A DNA stretch of 64,000 nucleotides from Cyanidioschyzon merolae (Eukaryota): NCBI GenBank assembly GCA_000091205.1, contig AP006489.2, one strand, 5' to 3'. A program made the translations under genes and the position numbers. Positions 11,129-22,460 of this stretch are shown here, one piece after another. The stretch's first letter is position 1, and every line of letters begins with the position of its first letter. Under the pieces are notes generated by a model. It was not told the origin of the DNA. It did not search any database and was given only the letters and a program-made list of their open reading frames with translations.

Positions 11129-11734
11129 TGGATATGCACGCTGCCTGCAGAGGTTCCCTAGCGAGTCCGCAGGCCGCGTACCTGGCTGGCCAGATACCAC
11201 CTCGGTGTTGTACGTGGTGCACCGGTGTTTCGTGTCGTTTCACGTGCCAAGTACCATTCCACCAGATGTCTCTACTGGATTCCGGGTTTAGCGAATGGTC
11301 CCGCTTCCTCCACACCTAACCACGATTCCGTCACAAAGAAGCTGCACGGCGTGCCGCGTTCTCTCTTCCCTTGAAGACGCTTCCATTCCCAGTGCGGTAT
11401 GCGAACGGACGCTTCGCCGCCTCCGTTTTGCGTCAGGCAGCGCTGGTTAGACTCAAACTCATGGAGAGACGCATCTGCAAAGGCAGAGCAGCCAGTTCCA
11501 CGCTGAGTGCCGCTCGTCGTCGTCATCATCACCATCGACGAAAAGTTCTGCGCTGAGGCGCCTCGCCTCTCCTGTCAATATCGTGGAGCGTGGCGCGCCA
11601 CTATCGACGCTAGCGTGGCCAACTTCCAGACGCGAAACATCAAGCATTGGGTACTTGTTCGAAAATCATGCCTCTCCAAGTGCCAATGTATCCCATGCGA
11701 GCGCTCCAAGTGCCGGTCTGGTTTACAATGACGT

Positions 11735-14647
11735 TCAGACGCTATCGCGCAAATACTGACAGAGAAAGAGTACCTTCGAGAGCGTGTCCTCGCACCGAAG
11801 CCAAGAGCTGTCGAGTGCCCTCAGGCATTTCGATGCCCCGTGCTGCAGTGCCGGTTCCTTCATGATCAGCTCCGCGTGCTCGTTCAGAAACACCCGTAGC
11901 TGCGCCTGAGCAAGTTCAAAGTCACGCTCTGACTGCAGACGCCACGTGAAGAACGACAGCGCATCGGCAAGTGCCTCGGGCGGCAGCAGCCGTATTTCTA
12001 CGTCTGCCGCCGCTGGTGTCAGCGCATCCAGGCGCTTTGCGGCGGTGGCAAAGTCTGCTCGCTGCAATGCATCCACAAAACTCGAGGCTATCGAATCGGG
12101 AAGCGGTCTGCGGTCCTCGATGCCGGGCGAAACAGACGCGTCCGCAGCTTCGCGGTAGCCGTCGTGCAGCTCAGCGACTAGCGGTGGTGGCGGTTTCTGA
12201 GTCCCGGTCACGGAATCGCTCTCCCTCGTTGCCTTGTTCTGCTCCTTGATTTCGTCAAGGTACGGCAGCAGAAGCCAGTAGCTTTCAGGCTGACTCGAAA
12301 ACACGACGCCGCAGTGTGCATCGTCGATAGGTTCAACGGTTAGCGAAACACATCGCGGGTTATTTTCAGGGGATGCTGTAGCGTCTGCAACTGCGGAGAC
12401 AACGGGATCCCACGACATTGCCAGGTCCGGCAGCTGCACCGCATGACGCCGCCAGAGCGCTTCCACATCGAGACCATTTCCCGCTCGCGAAGAAAGCGCC
12501 ACCATATTGCCCTGCTCGCTGGGCCCCCGATAATACGCTTTGCAGTGCCACATGCAGATTCCGATATGCCCCACATGCGTTGTGACAATAAAATCGCCCC
12601 GTGGTGACATGGCGCATGACGTCGGTGCAGCAGCCATACGAAGCACATCCACACAGCGGCCTGCGACAAGATCCCACGTTCGGAGCGTTCCGTCCAGTGA
12701 AGTGCTCAGAATTTGTCGCCCATCTGCTTGGCAGCTGAAGCAGATATCCGTAATGCGAGCAGTGTGGCCCCTGAGCCAGCGCACACAGCGGCCGCTCGCT
12801 GCCTCAAAGACTTTGATGGAAAAGTCGTCAGCACAGCTCACAGCGAGAAGATCTGAAACCGGACTCCAGATGAGCTGTAGACCTGGACTGTGGACGACAA
12901 TATCGGCGACTTTCTCACGCGACTGATGTCGATAGATGCCGAGGCGTCCGTCGTGGCTACCCAGTGACGCAAGCAACCCGCCGCTCCCGTCGAAAGCGAC
13001 ACCCGCTACACCTCCCGGATGGTGCGCGTCTCGTATCCGCCACCGATGCAACCCACTCTGGAGGTTGAAGAGATCAACGTGACCCACAGAGAGACCTACT
13101 GCAGCGAAATGGCCGCAAGTGGAAATTGAAACACAAGTCGCAGTGCCTTGATCGAGATCCGTTGAAGCGTCACCCCGGAAACGGAGCACATGGCGATAGC
13201 GATGGTTCTCAGCGTAGCGCCAGGTGTAGGCCTCGGAGCGCCCGAGGTGACACGTTACCAGATTGGCAAGATCCGGGTCGTTTTGTCGAGCCTCACTCAC
13301 AGCAAACTCCGTTACCGGTGGAAGAAGCGATGCGGTGTCGGGATCGTCCTCGTCGAGTGCGAACTCATCCGATGCTTCAATGGCGCGCTCGTGTTGCATT
13401 TGACGGGCCCGCTTGCGTGCTCTCCGTAGCCGCGTTGTGACCTGGGACAACTCACGGTGATGATGGGATACGACTGTGCTGGTAACGCGCAGCTGCTGAT
13501 CACTGCAGCCCGCAGAGATCAGCTGGCGATAATCTTCACCGATGAAACGAATGCGCGTCGGCGGTGCCCGGTGCCCGGCTCGGTACTTGAGCAGACGCGG
13601 TGCACCGCTCGGTGAATCGCAAATAAACATGTTCATGCGATTATCCTCATCGCCAATGGTCAACAGGATCGGCTCGCGGGGATAGAAGAACGCCATCCGA
13701 CATGGACCCCGATGCAGACGCGGTATCGTGTCCAGAACTCGCCGTGCTTCGAGGTCGTAGATGCAGAGAGAGCCATCGGAGTGGAACGAGAACAGATGCG
13801 GAAACGCATTCGCATCGTCGTTCCGGAAACACAACGCATTGACAGTGAGCGAGGTACCCAGTGGCAGGTGCATCCGCAGGTTGTACTGATCCAGGATCGA
13901 GCCACGACCAATGTCGTAGATGATCACAGAGCCGTCGTGGAAACCCATGCCGATGATATCCAGCGCCGGAGACTCTGACAGCGCCGTCACTGCACCGTGC
14001 TTGGAAAAGTCGAGTGTCTGGAGGATGCGACTGTGGCAAATATCCACGAGTGCAATGCGCCCCTGGTCGCTTCCGATGCAGACGACGTCGAGCATCGTCG
14101 GTGGATGCACAATGAGGCCATTCGGGGTGATATCTTCTCCGAAGAATACTTCCGAGACGAGCTCATTGTCGCGGTTGTAGGTGCGCGCGCAGCGTTCTCC
14201 AGCGTCCACTGCAACGAATACTCCATTCCCAAAAGCGTATAGCCCAACGATGCAGCCACCTGGGGCAGTTTCGATCGACACACGGGATCGCAATTGTTCT
14301 GTTATATGAAGGCTGTGCTGTGTGGCAACAACCAGTCGCTCTCGACCGAGATGCGCTACGGCAGTGATGCGCGAAGGCAAAGCATTCGATAGGCTCAGTA
14401 AACGAAGCGTCCTTCCATCGTAGAGCTGCAGGCAGCGTCCAAGCGGTACGACAACGAACGGTGCAATGCCGAGTTCATAGAAGCATGGCTTGGGGGACGA
14501 GGTACCGCCAAGCATGCGCCCGCTTCCCTCACAGGTGACCAGGCCGAGAACTCGAAATGGAGCGTAAAGTGACGTGCGTTGCCCCAGCGCGACGAGTTCT
14601 CCCTCTTCGAGGCCACCTTCGAGCAGCTTTCCCTCCGCCTGCACCAT
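11735..14647 (-). CDS. WD40-repeat protein, UTP21/WDR36-like (U3 snoRNP / SSU processome component)
   Basis: 970-aa ORF with ATG start. Many WD-like repeats (GH..V..V..H, ..DG.V.I.D). C-terminal alpha-helical domain, as in Utp21. Assignment to UTP21 specifically is tentative. Confidence 0.75.
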   Translation of the reverse strand: MVQAEGKLLEGGLEEGELVALGQRTSLYAPFRVLGLVTCEGSGRMLGGTSSPKPCFYELGIAPFVVVPLGRCLQLYDGRTLRLLSLSNALPSRITAVAHLGRERLVVATQHSLHITEQLRSRVSIETAPGGCIVGLYAFGNGVFVAVDAGERCARTYNRDNELVSEVFFGEDITPNGLIVHPPTMLDVVCIGSDQGRIALVDICHSRILQTLDFSKHGAVTALSESPALDIIGMGFHDGSVIIYDIGRGSILDQYNLRMHLPLGTSLTVNALCFRNDDANAFPHLFSFHSDGSLCIYDLEARRVLDTIPRLHRGPCRMAFFYPREPILLTIGDEDNRMNMFICDSPSGAPRLLKYRAGHRAPPTRIRFIGEDYRQLISAGCSDQQLRVTSTVVSHHHRELSQVTTRLRRARKRARQMQHERAIEASDEFALDEDDPDTASLLPPVTEFAVSEARQNDPDLANLVTCHLGRSEAYTWRYAENHRYRHVLRFRGDASTDLDQGTATCVSISTCGHFAAVGLSVGHVDLFNLQSGLHRWRIRDAHHPGGVAGVAFDGSGGLLASLGSHDGRLGIYRHQSREKVADIVVHSPGLQLIWSPVSDLLAVSCADDFSIKVFEAASGRCVRWLRGHTARITDICFSCQADGRQILSTSLDGTLRTWDLVAGRCVDVLRMAAAPTSCAMSPRGDFIVTTHVGHIGICMWHCKAYYRGPSEQGNMVALSSRAGNGLDVEALWRRHAVQLPDLAMSWDPVVSAVADATASPENNPRCVSLTVEPIDDAHCGVVFSSQPESYWLLLPYLDEIKEQNKATRESDSVTGTQKPPPPLVAELHDGYREAADASVSPGIEDRRPLPDSIASSFVDALQRADFATAAKRLDALTPAAADVEIRLLPPEALADALSFFTWRLQSERDFELAQAQLRVFLNEHAELIMKEPALQHGASKCLRALDSSWLRCEDTLSKVLFLCQYLRDSV

Positions 14648-15628
14648 TGCGCTACACGTTCACACACAGGCACCGTTTCGAGAGGTACGTCGTAGCTGGA
14701 GCGCCCGTCCAGTCTGCGAATCTTTTATGGAGGCGTTTGCTGCGACCTTTATGCGAAAGCGGGTTCAAGTGTGAACTCGCGTGAGACTGCTGTTTGCAGG
14801 TTCGCAACTGATGCGCAGCACAGTGCGGATTCCAGCACGAAAACAACGCGGCCGCGCCAGAGGATCAACACGCTCGGGAACTCAGCGGTATATGTGGTCT
14901 GCGAGATGACGGCCCTGTTCAAGCGTGCCCGACGAGGCTCCGTTCCCAGCCGAGTTTCGAGCGTTCCCGCTTCAGGAGCGGTTTTGGGGTACAGTTCCTA
15001 CCTCTCGGTGCCAGGTACCCAGGCAGTTGACTGAAAAATTAGTCGCCTCTATTCAAGCCCCTCAGAAAAATAGAAACCTCAGTCAACCCCAAGAGTCTCG
15101 CGCAGAAGCAGTAGACTGCACTGCCTCAGAAACTGCGGATCAGCAGCGTAAGCGCTCGACGTCCACCGCTGGGCGACCAGTGCTAGCGTCCGCTCGCTCC
15201 GACAGACAAAGCGACACTGATCACTGGCTTGAACCGCTCGTTTAATGCCTCTACTGCGAAACAGGCGATCCCAGCCTGTTGCAAGAGAAAGCGTTCCACT
15301 GAAGCGCAACACCTGTCGAACACCAGCCGAGGCGGAAGCGACGGCCCCGAGTCGTGCGCACTGCCCAGGCGGCTTCCTGGATAGCGAAGAACAAAGGGGC
15401 GTTCAGGTTGCTTCTCGCTGGAGCACGTGGCATGGTATACACCTGTTGAAGCGTATTTGTTTCATTTGGTGGATAGATTTATAACGAGCGACACCTGAGT
15501 GTATTTTTGCAGCACTGGCATTCAACTAGATCCAGCGCTTCCGAGCAAACAACGAGTAACTGCTGGCTTCGGGGAAGACTGGCGTTTGCGCGGGAACTGC
15601 AGACGCGCTAGACGGGTGACACACACCC
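14648..15628. promoter_or_regulatory. Putative bidirectional promoter region between the divergently transcribed WD40 gene and FEN1
   Basis: A 981-bp intergenic interval flanked by two head-to-head ATG starts. No specific motif verified. Confidence 0.35.
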
Positions 15629-16771
15629 ATGGGTATTCGACAGCTGGCGAAGCTTATTGTGGACCATGCGCCACGAGCATATAAAGAACAAGATATTCGG
15701 GCGCTCTTTGGGCGGGTCATCGCCATCGACGCGTCTATGTGCATCTACCAGTTCCTTGTGGCGGTGCGTACGGCGGACGCTGCCAACCTCACCAACGAGT
15801 CTGGTGAGATCACCTCGCACCTCTCGGGAGTATTTTACCGCACCATCAAACTTCTGGAGCTGGGTATCAAGCCCATATACGTCTTTGATGGCAAAGCACC
15901 GGATCTCAAAGCAAATGAGCTCGCAAAAAGGAGATCCCGGCGAGAGGAAGATGAGCAGGCCGCAGCCAAGGCTCGCGAGGAGGGCGACCTCGAGCTCTAT
16001 GCAAAGTACGCTCGACGGGTGAATAAAGTCTCCGCGGAGACCATCGACAATGTGAAGCGTTTGTTGCGCCTCATGGGGATACCTGTTGTCGAGGCGCCCA
16101 GCGAGGCTGAGGCCCAGTGCGCTGTCCTCACCCGAGCAGGTCTTGCCTATGCGACAGCCAGTGAGGATATGGATGCGCTCACGTTTGGTACACCGCTTTT
16201 GATAAGGAATTTGTTTGCAGCGCTGGCATCTGGAGCCGAACGCAAAGATCGCAAACCGAGCGAGTTCTCGTTAGCGATAACGCTAGAGGATCTGGGCATC
16301 TCTATGGATCAATTTATCGATATATGTATTCTGTGTGGTTGCGACTATACCTGTACGATACCGAAAATCGGGCCCTATCGGGCTTTGATGCTGGTCAAAC
16401 AGCATGGCTGCATCGAGGAGGTGCTTGCATCGCTGCGGGAATCCAACCACCCGATACCCGATGATTTTGATTACCTCGGAGCACGAGGACTCTTTAAAGA
16501 GCCGCACGTCAAGGATGCTGCAGATATTGAACCGCTTTTGGAATGGCATGCTCCTAACGAAGAAGGACTCGTGCAGTTCCTGGTCCAGGAGAACAGCTTC
16601 AATGAACAGCTGGTGCGCAAAGCCGTGGAACGCATGACGAAAGCCCTGCGATCGGGGGTTGCAAATCAGTCGCGGCTGGACAATTTTTTCAAGCCGAAAA
16701 CCTTGCCCAAGAAGCATGAGCCAGAGCGGCCATCATCGAAGAGGAGCACGAAACGAGCACGCAAAACCTAA
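15629..16771 (+). CDS. FEN1: Flap endonuclease 1
   Basis: MGIRQLAKLI..AIDASMCIYQFL (XPG-N), XPG-I region and H3TH all match. C-terminal PIP box QSRLDNFF. Basic tail. ATG start confirmed in sequence. Confidence 0.93.
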   Translation: MGIRQLAKLIVDHAPRAYKEQDIRALFGRVIAIDASMCIYQFLVAVRTADAANLTNESGEITSHLSGVFYRTIKLLELGIKPIYVFDGKAPDLKANELAKRRSRREEDEQAAAKAREEGDLELYAKYARRVNKVSAETIDNVKRLLRLMGIPVVEAPSEAEAQCAVLTRAGLAYATASEDMDALTFGTPLLIRNLFAALASGAERKDRKPSEFSLAITLEDLGISMDQFIDICILCGCDYTCTIPKIGPYRALMLVKQHGCIEEVLASLRESNHPIPDDFDYLGARGLFKEPHVKDAADIEPLLEWHAPNEEGLVQFLVQENSFNEQLVRKAVERMTKALRSGVANQSRLDNFFKPKTLPKKHEPERPSSKRSTKRARKT

Positions 16772-17430
16772 GTGGATCCCGAGCCGCACCCGGAGGTTAC
16801 GCTCAGCAGGGTCAACGAACGACGAGACGCGCTGGTTAGCGCTGCTGACTTGTTCCCGGATGCATCACAGGGCCGTGGCCTGGTATGCACCAAAACTTAC
16901 GGTATGCGCGTTGCTCGATCATGACGGCAAGCTATGCGCATCTCGGTTGTGCTTGGTCTGGCACAAAACGCGAAAGCAAGCTGCCAGTGATCTTGATTGT
17001 CGCTTTCAAGTGAAGCGGCGGGTAAAGCACGCACCGACGGGCGCTATGTCGACCGCTGCTGCGGAACGACCAGACGGCAGGCGTCGCTGCGACCTTGTGA
17101 TGATGCCACAGAGAAGCACATAAATGAGCGTTTATCGTTACCAGCTTCGACGGAGCATGTGATTGTTCCCGCTGGAGAATGCACATTAGTGTGGTGCGTT
17201 CCCGTCAGGTCAAGTAACGACCGGGGATTCCGTCCGCACCGCCTCCGTTAGACATCATGTGCTGAAGGTGTCCGAGGCTCGTGCGCAGATCACTCGCTTG
17301 GGCCGTACTCGTCTATGTGTCGAAAGGAAACACCGTCGACGAGCCGAGTGCTTCGCTTCGATCGCTCATTCGTCATAGCATTGTAGATGAGCGACGAAAG
17401 CGCGTTCATGACGCCTCGCTCCGCGCCTCG

Positions 17431-18037
17431 CGAATGGAGTCTAGAGTGGGTATCGTCGAAAAATACAAGTCTATGATCGTTGACGAATTGCCCACGACAA
17501 TCGTTACCAGTAGAAAGAGGTAGAGAGAGAGCTATGCGGCGCGTCAGGCTTGCTCAGTCGCTGAACCCCTCCATACCAGTCCTTTGATCAACGCGAGCAT
17601 CCAGAGCGGTATCTCCTGGTCACCGAGTTTTTGCATCGGAATGCAGCTGCGTTTCAGTACAATGGCCGCACAGAGTGCGAAACGAGTCTCGTTCAAGTTC
17701 GCTCGACACGAAACCGCTGGACGCGACTGAAGCGCAGGACATTTCCGGGTATCGATCGCTGCATGCAAGTAGCGGTTCGGAAAGTGCATGCCCTGCTGGG
17801 TACTGGTGGCATCGCAACACAGCAAGTGTCACCACCAGGTCGATAGTCGCGCCATCTGATGTTGCATCAGTTACCCGATGTACGATCTTGTGAGTCTGGC
17901 TCTGTTTCACGCGCCTCTACGCTGCCGGATTCAACAGGCACCTGTGCTCGCGATACACGTACTTTGTCCTTATTCATTCGCGAAACTCGCATAGATCCGA
18001 TTGCTGGACTCGGTGTATGCTCCTGTCGATAAAGTCG
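17431..18037. repeat. Dispersed 606-bp repeat, copy 1. About 99% identical direct copy at 25076-25682.
   Basis: Both copies begin gaatggagtctagagtgggtatcgtcgaaaaatacaag and end gatccgattgctggactcggtgtatgctcctgtcgat. I found only 4 mismatches by eye. Flanks are unrelated. Confidence 0.9.
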
Positions 18038-18539
18038 ATGTACTCCGTGTGCGGCGCCCGAAAAGCACACCGAGCCTTGGGCGCAATGCCTTGCTGCTTA
18101 GCCCTCTTGCTTCTGCTTGTAAGGCTGCTATGAAACTTGGAACTCTGTGTCCAACCCGCAACGAAGACCCGTGCTACTATGCCACGCACCTAGAACCAAG
18201 ACTGTTCCAGTGCAGCCTGGGGGTATCTTCGTGCTACTGAGACGCTACCGACAGTGCGTGCGTTCACTTCGCGGCCTCTGCTGGACGCTAGTGCCAGACA
18301 GTCGAGGCTGACTGCGACTCAAGTGCAGTTATGCAGTTCGCTTATCGGGCTCTATGCTCTACACGAGACGCAGCGTCTACAGCACGTTGCAGTCGCGACA
18401 CGCACGCGTGCTTGAAAAGCACCGGTGGCTTCTTCTCTGGTCGCCCTTGTCACGCGCGCTTGCGGAAGCTTGATTTAAGGACACATCGCGCACAGCATAC
18501 AAGAGCACGCTGTACGTCCTCGCACGAAAACCGGTGTCT

Positions 18540-19874
18540 ATGCGCAAAAGTTACGATACGCAGGTCGCAACGAACGCCCCGAACAATGACGCGTCAGCGC
18601 GAGCGGTTACGCTACCCAGCTTGCTGCTGTTCGGGACGCGAGGAGCGGCAATAATAGCGTCTGCGGTACTGAACTGTGTTGAGCGTTTACGACAGGCTCG
18701 GGAGGACGTATCGTCCCAACGTTGTTGTTTCCAGTACGCGGGAAGCGAGCATAGCTTCTGTCGTACTGAACTGCGTCGAGCTTTTCAAAGCAGGCTCGCG
18801 GGGACGACCGCTCAGCCCGAGTTGGCTCCGGTCGGGAGCTCGCCTCCACTTCCGAACGGTGGTCTGTTTCGAGCGGAGAGGCTCGTTTTGGGCGGTGTCG
18901 AACCGGACACCTCACCAGGAGGCCCTGCGGTGCAGCACCACCTGATGCAGCAGTCCCAGCAGCACGCGGACGACTCTTGTACAACCGCAGCGCAGCCGAG
19001 CTTGGACTGGAGTGAGCTTGAGGTGTTCGAAAAAATAGCCTCGGGCACAGACACGGACATCTTCCGAGCTTCTCTCCACGGCGATGCGGTCGCTGTGAAG
19101 GTACTCTCCAAGTACGCTTCTACCGACGCTGAAGACGCTTTTAATCGCGAGTGGAGGACCTTCGTGGAGCACGACCTCAGGCACCAGAACATCATCCGCT
19201 TCTACGGCTGGGGCTATCGACCAAACGGGGAGCGCTTTCTTGTCGTAGAGCACGCCAAAGGCGGTAGCTTGCGGCAAGCACTGACTCGGCGACTCTGGAA
19301 GGACATCGGACGAGTGGTTCGCCTCGCCCGCGACATTACCGCTGCACTCGAGTACCTACACAGCCGAAACATTATCTACAGAGACCTCAAGTCCAGCAAC
19401 GTACTCCTGGATGCGTCCTGGAATCGAGCGCTGCTGTGTGATTTCGGAATCGCCAGAGCGATGATAGGCGATGGTGCAGGCCAAATGACCCGCGAATGCG
19501 GTACCTATCAGTACATGTCACCTGAGGTGATTCTCGGGAAAGCAGACTACGGCGAGAAAGCAGATATCTACAGTTTTGGCATCCTTTTGAATGAGATGTG
19601 CACGGGGGAGATTCCCTTCAGTCGTCAGCGACTCCTTCCTGTGCAGGCTGCGGCAGCGGTGGTGAACAAGGGTCTGCGACCCGGTATGCGCGGCTCCGTA
19701 GAGCGCAAGTATCCAGAGTTGCACGCGCTCATTCGCAAGTGCTGGGCGCAACGGGACGATGCTCGACCCACAGCTGCGGAAGCACGCGCTGAACTGGATG
19801 CCATTCTGGTTAAATATTTTTCTGCGGATCAGACGCCGACCGCAGATGCGCAGCTATCCACGGCCACAACTTGA
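18540..19874 (+). CDS. Serine/threonine (TKL-like) protein kinase with an atypical catalytic loop
   Basis: VAVKVL (VAIK), IIYRDLKSSNVLL (YRD in place of HRD), CDFGIA (DFG), YMSPEV (APE). The glycine-rich loop is degenerate (IASGTDTDIF). ATG at 18540 follows a GTG at 18534. Confidence 0.8.
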   Translation: MRKSYDTQVATNAPNNDASARAVTLPSLLLFGTRGAAIIASAVLNCVERLRQAREDVSSQRCCFQYAGSEHSFCRTELRRAFQSRLAGTTAQPELAPVGSSPPLPNGGLFRAERLVLGGVEPDTSPGGPAVQHHLMQQSQQHADDSCTTAAQPSLDWSELEVFEKIASGTDTDIFRASLHGDAVAVKVLSKYASTDAEDAFNREWRTFVEHDLRHQNIIRFYGWGYRPNGERFLVVEHAKGGSLRQALTRRLWKDIGRVVRLARDITAALEYLHSRNIIYRDLKSSNVLLDASWNRALLCDFGIARAMIGDGAGQMTRECGTYQYMSPEVILGKADYGEKADIYSFGILLNEMCTGEIPFSRQRLLPVQAAAAVVNKGLRPGMRGSVERKYPELHALIRKCWAQRDDARPTAAEARAELDAILVKYFSADQTPTADAQLSTATT

Positions 19875-20757
19875 GACACAGATGATCGTTTCGGCATCTG
19901 TGAGTCAGCGTGTGCGGCAACGAACTGCATTGGATGCGCTGGTATCTGGTCTCGGGCGAGCAGAAGAGAGCGAGACGCGGACGTGGATGCGACGTCACGC
20001 GTGAACGACTGCCCAGAGGCCGTGAAGCCGACTCGAGCGGCGTCTGGGATGAGCGCTTGCTCTCGTGCAGCGCACGAGAGACCGCGTGTAAATTACTCAT
20101 CAGCGAATAGTTATAAGTGGACGCAGGACCCGGGCATGTATTCGGCTGGTGCACAGGGGTCTGGGGTATAGCACCGGTTTGACAGACGCTCCCTGTGGTA
20201 GACGCATGCCTCGCGTCTTGTGAACAGAGCATGTATGCCCAGCGCGAAACTGGATTCGATGTGCCGGACGCTCCAAGTGTAAAGCATGCGATGCCGCATC
20301 TGGTGTTTTCTAGAGTACGCAGGCGTTTTTACGTTCAAGAATAAAGCGAGGCTGGGGCGTGCGAGTGCGACCCCGGCCCATGCCTAGCGCTGCGTGTACA
20401 CTCCGTCTCGATGGGCAACGGCTCGGTCGCAGCAAGCAGCAATGACAATAGCAACACGTTTTGCATTCGGATTCGACTTGAACTGGCATCGAGTCGATGT
20501 ACTCTGCGAAACGGTATCCGACAGCCGTCACAGTCCCTGAGCTTGCAAGGAACCGCGTTGCGACTGTGGCACTGTCGTACGCCCGTACGACACGCAAATA
20601 GCCAGATTCACGCGCGAGCGTCACTGCTCCCAGGAACAAGTGATAGAGTTGCCGCGCTGGGGCGCCTCACAGAAACAGAACGTGTTGTCCAAGTACGCGG
20701 GTGCGAGTTGGCGCGACCGCAGGTTACGCTCGGGCGACGCGGAACCAGAGCCTCACC

Positions 20758-21204
20758 TTACTTAAGCGGGATGAAACGTGACGACGATGAGGCACCAATA
20801 CCTGGCCTCCCGTGCTTAACTGGCTTGTACGTCAAACTGAACTCGCCAAGGTAGTGGCCAACCATATCCCCGCGGATTTCAACCTCGTTGAAGGTGCGCC
20901 CGTTGTGAACTCCGAGGCGTGCACCGATCATCTCCGGAACTATGATCATGTTCCTGCAGTGCGTTTTCACAATCTCCGGCTTGCTGAACTCATCAGGGAC
21001 TTCGGCCTTCGCTTTTCGAATTTTCTTTATGAGCGAGGTCTGCCGACGGTCCAGGCCACGCGCGAGCTTCCGCCGAGCGCGTGCTGGTAAGAGCTCCACC
21101 ATTTCATTGTGCGGCAGCGCAAGAAGTGCCTCCAGGTCTACACCTCTATAGGAAAACTTGCGAAAAGTTCGCTTCTTAGGCGCTGATGAGCTTTCCTCGT
21201 CCAT
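20758..21204 (-). CDS. RPS15: 40S ribosomal protein S15 (uS19)
   Basis: [19 protein letters not shown]...[62 protein letters not shown] is near-identical to eukaryotic RPS15 over its length. ATG start. Confidence 0.93.
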   Translation of the reverse strand: MDEESSSAPKKRTFRKFSYRGVDLEALLALPHNEMVELLPARARRKLARGLDRRQTSLIKKIRKAKAEVPDEFSKPEIVKTHCRNMIIVPEMIGARLGVHNGRTFNEVEIRGDMVGHYLGEFSLTYKPVKHGRPGIGASSSSRFIPLK

Positions 21205-21244
21205 GGGTTACGCACGCGAGCTTTCCACGTTCAAGGGGTAAACC

Positions 21245-22460
21245 GTGTACGCCAAGCAGCGCAGAGGGCGGCATCTAAGCGAGTCGCGGCGAGGCCGCGA
21301 GCGGCGACCGCATCTTCCTCATGCTGTACCTTACGCACTTTTAGGGATATATCTGGACTTCATTGGCCTGTCCGATGCGTGCGCGCCTATTTTTGTCCAT
21401 TTTGATGCAATGCTGACCAAGCCAGCGTTCTCTGACCCGGTGCTCGGTATTCGCACGCGGTGGAGCATTCGTGATTCCAGGGCCCGCTTCCAAGTCCCAG
21501 AACCCATCCTTCATCCCGTATACACAGGTTGCTTCATTCGTTCGATCGCTTGCCCAGCGTCTCCCCTGATCGTCCGCAATACTGCCTGTACCGTTGGTAC
21601 GGATACAGCACGGATGCAGTACGGCGTTGCTGTGGTAAACGAGGGCTTCGGGCTCGAGGTTTGCCTCAGACGACACTGAATCAGGGCTCGTCGCCAGTTT
21701 GTGCTCAGCCAGTCTGCGGTTGCAAACTTGCCTTCGCTGCACGACACGTTGGAGCAACTTGGCTGTTAGGATGAATCCTGGGAGGCGCCTCTCTCCTTTG
21801 TGATCGTTCATGGAATGCACGATCGTTTAGCGACGCGGGCTATTGCTAGGCACCCACCAGTGGGTAGGCGCAGAAAGCGCACTGGGCCCGTGTGCGCATC
21901 CGATTCGCTGGACCTTTTGCCCAGAGGGTGGCTTGGGCGCGAATGTCCGCCAGGCCGCCGCCTGTCTGTGGCGCACGAACGCTTGCTTCATCGGTCGGTG
22001 CATGCGACGGGCGTATGCAAAGGGTTACACCCTGGATGCTCCTCTCGGTTTGCGCATCCGGTGCTGTACTCTGCGATCATGGGCCTCTTCTGGGCGATTG
22101 CCTCGGCGAGTGCTCTGTCTGCTGTAAACACAAGCGCAAGCGGTTTTACTAGATAGCGGTTATGTTGCATGGGATTTCATATTCTTGATGAAACAGGTAC
22201 CGGGAGGAAAATCCAGGCTGGAGCAGAAGTCGAGAAATGTCGATCTGCCAATGCTCCTTTCGTCCAAATAAGCGACGCCCTGGACATGGAAGCGATCGCC
22301 ACGATGGCTGAATTCCGAGTCCGAGGCCTTTTTCCAGGCACACAGAAGAGACGGAACCCCCTGGGGGCATAGTCCATAAGATGCAATGCCGCTGCCTGGT
22401 GCCGTTCCCGTGAAGGCCACAAAGAGAGGAGTCTATGTCTGTCATTCGGAATCAATTATG
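21245..22460 (-). mobile_element. TnpB/Fanzor-like element remnant (copy B) plus a downstream conserved hairpin-rich element shared with 3340-3450
   Basis: Minus-strand ORF ending at 22160 has LDFPPGTCFIKNMKSH, the family motif seen in copies A, C and D. Interval 21540-21650 is about 80% identical to 3340-3450, with core gcctgtaccgttggtacggat.cagc.cgg...cggcgttgc.gtg. Further minus-strand similarity (MHKEKLKPLEG vs MNDHKGERRLPG) runs up to about 21820. Confidence 0.45.
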
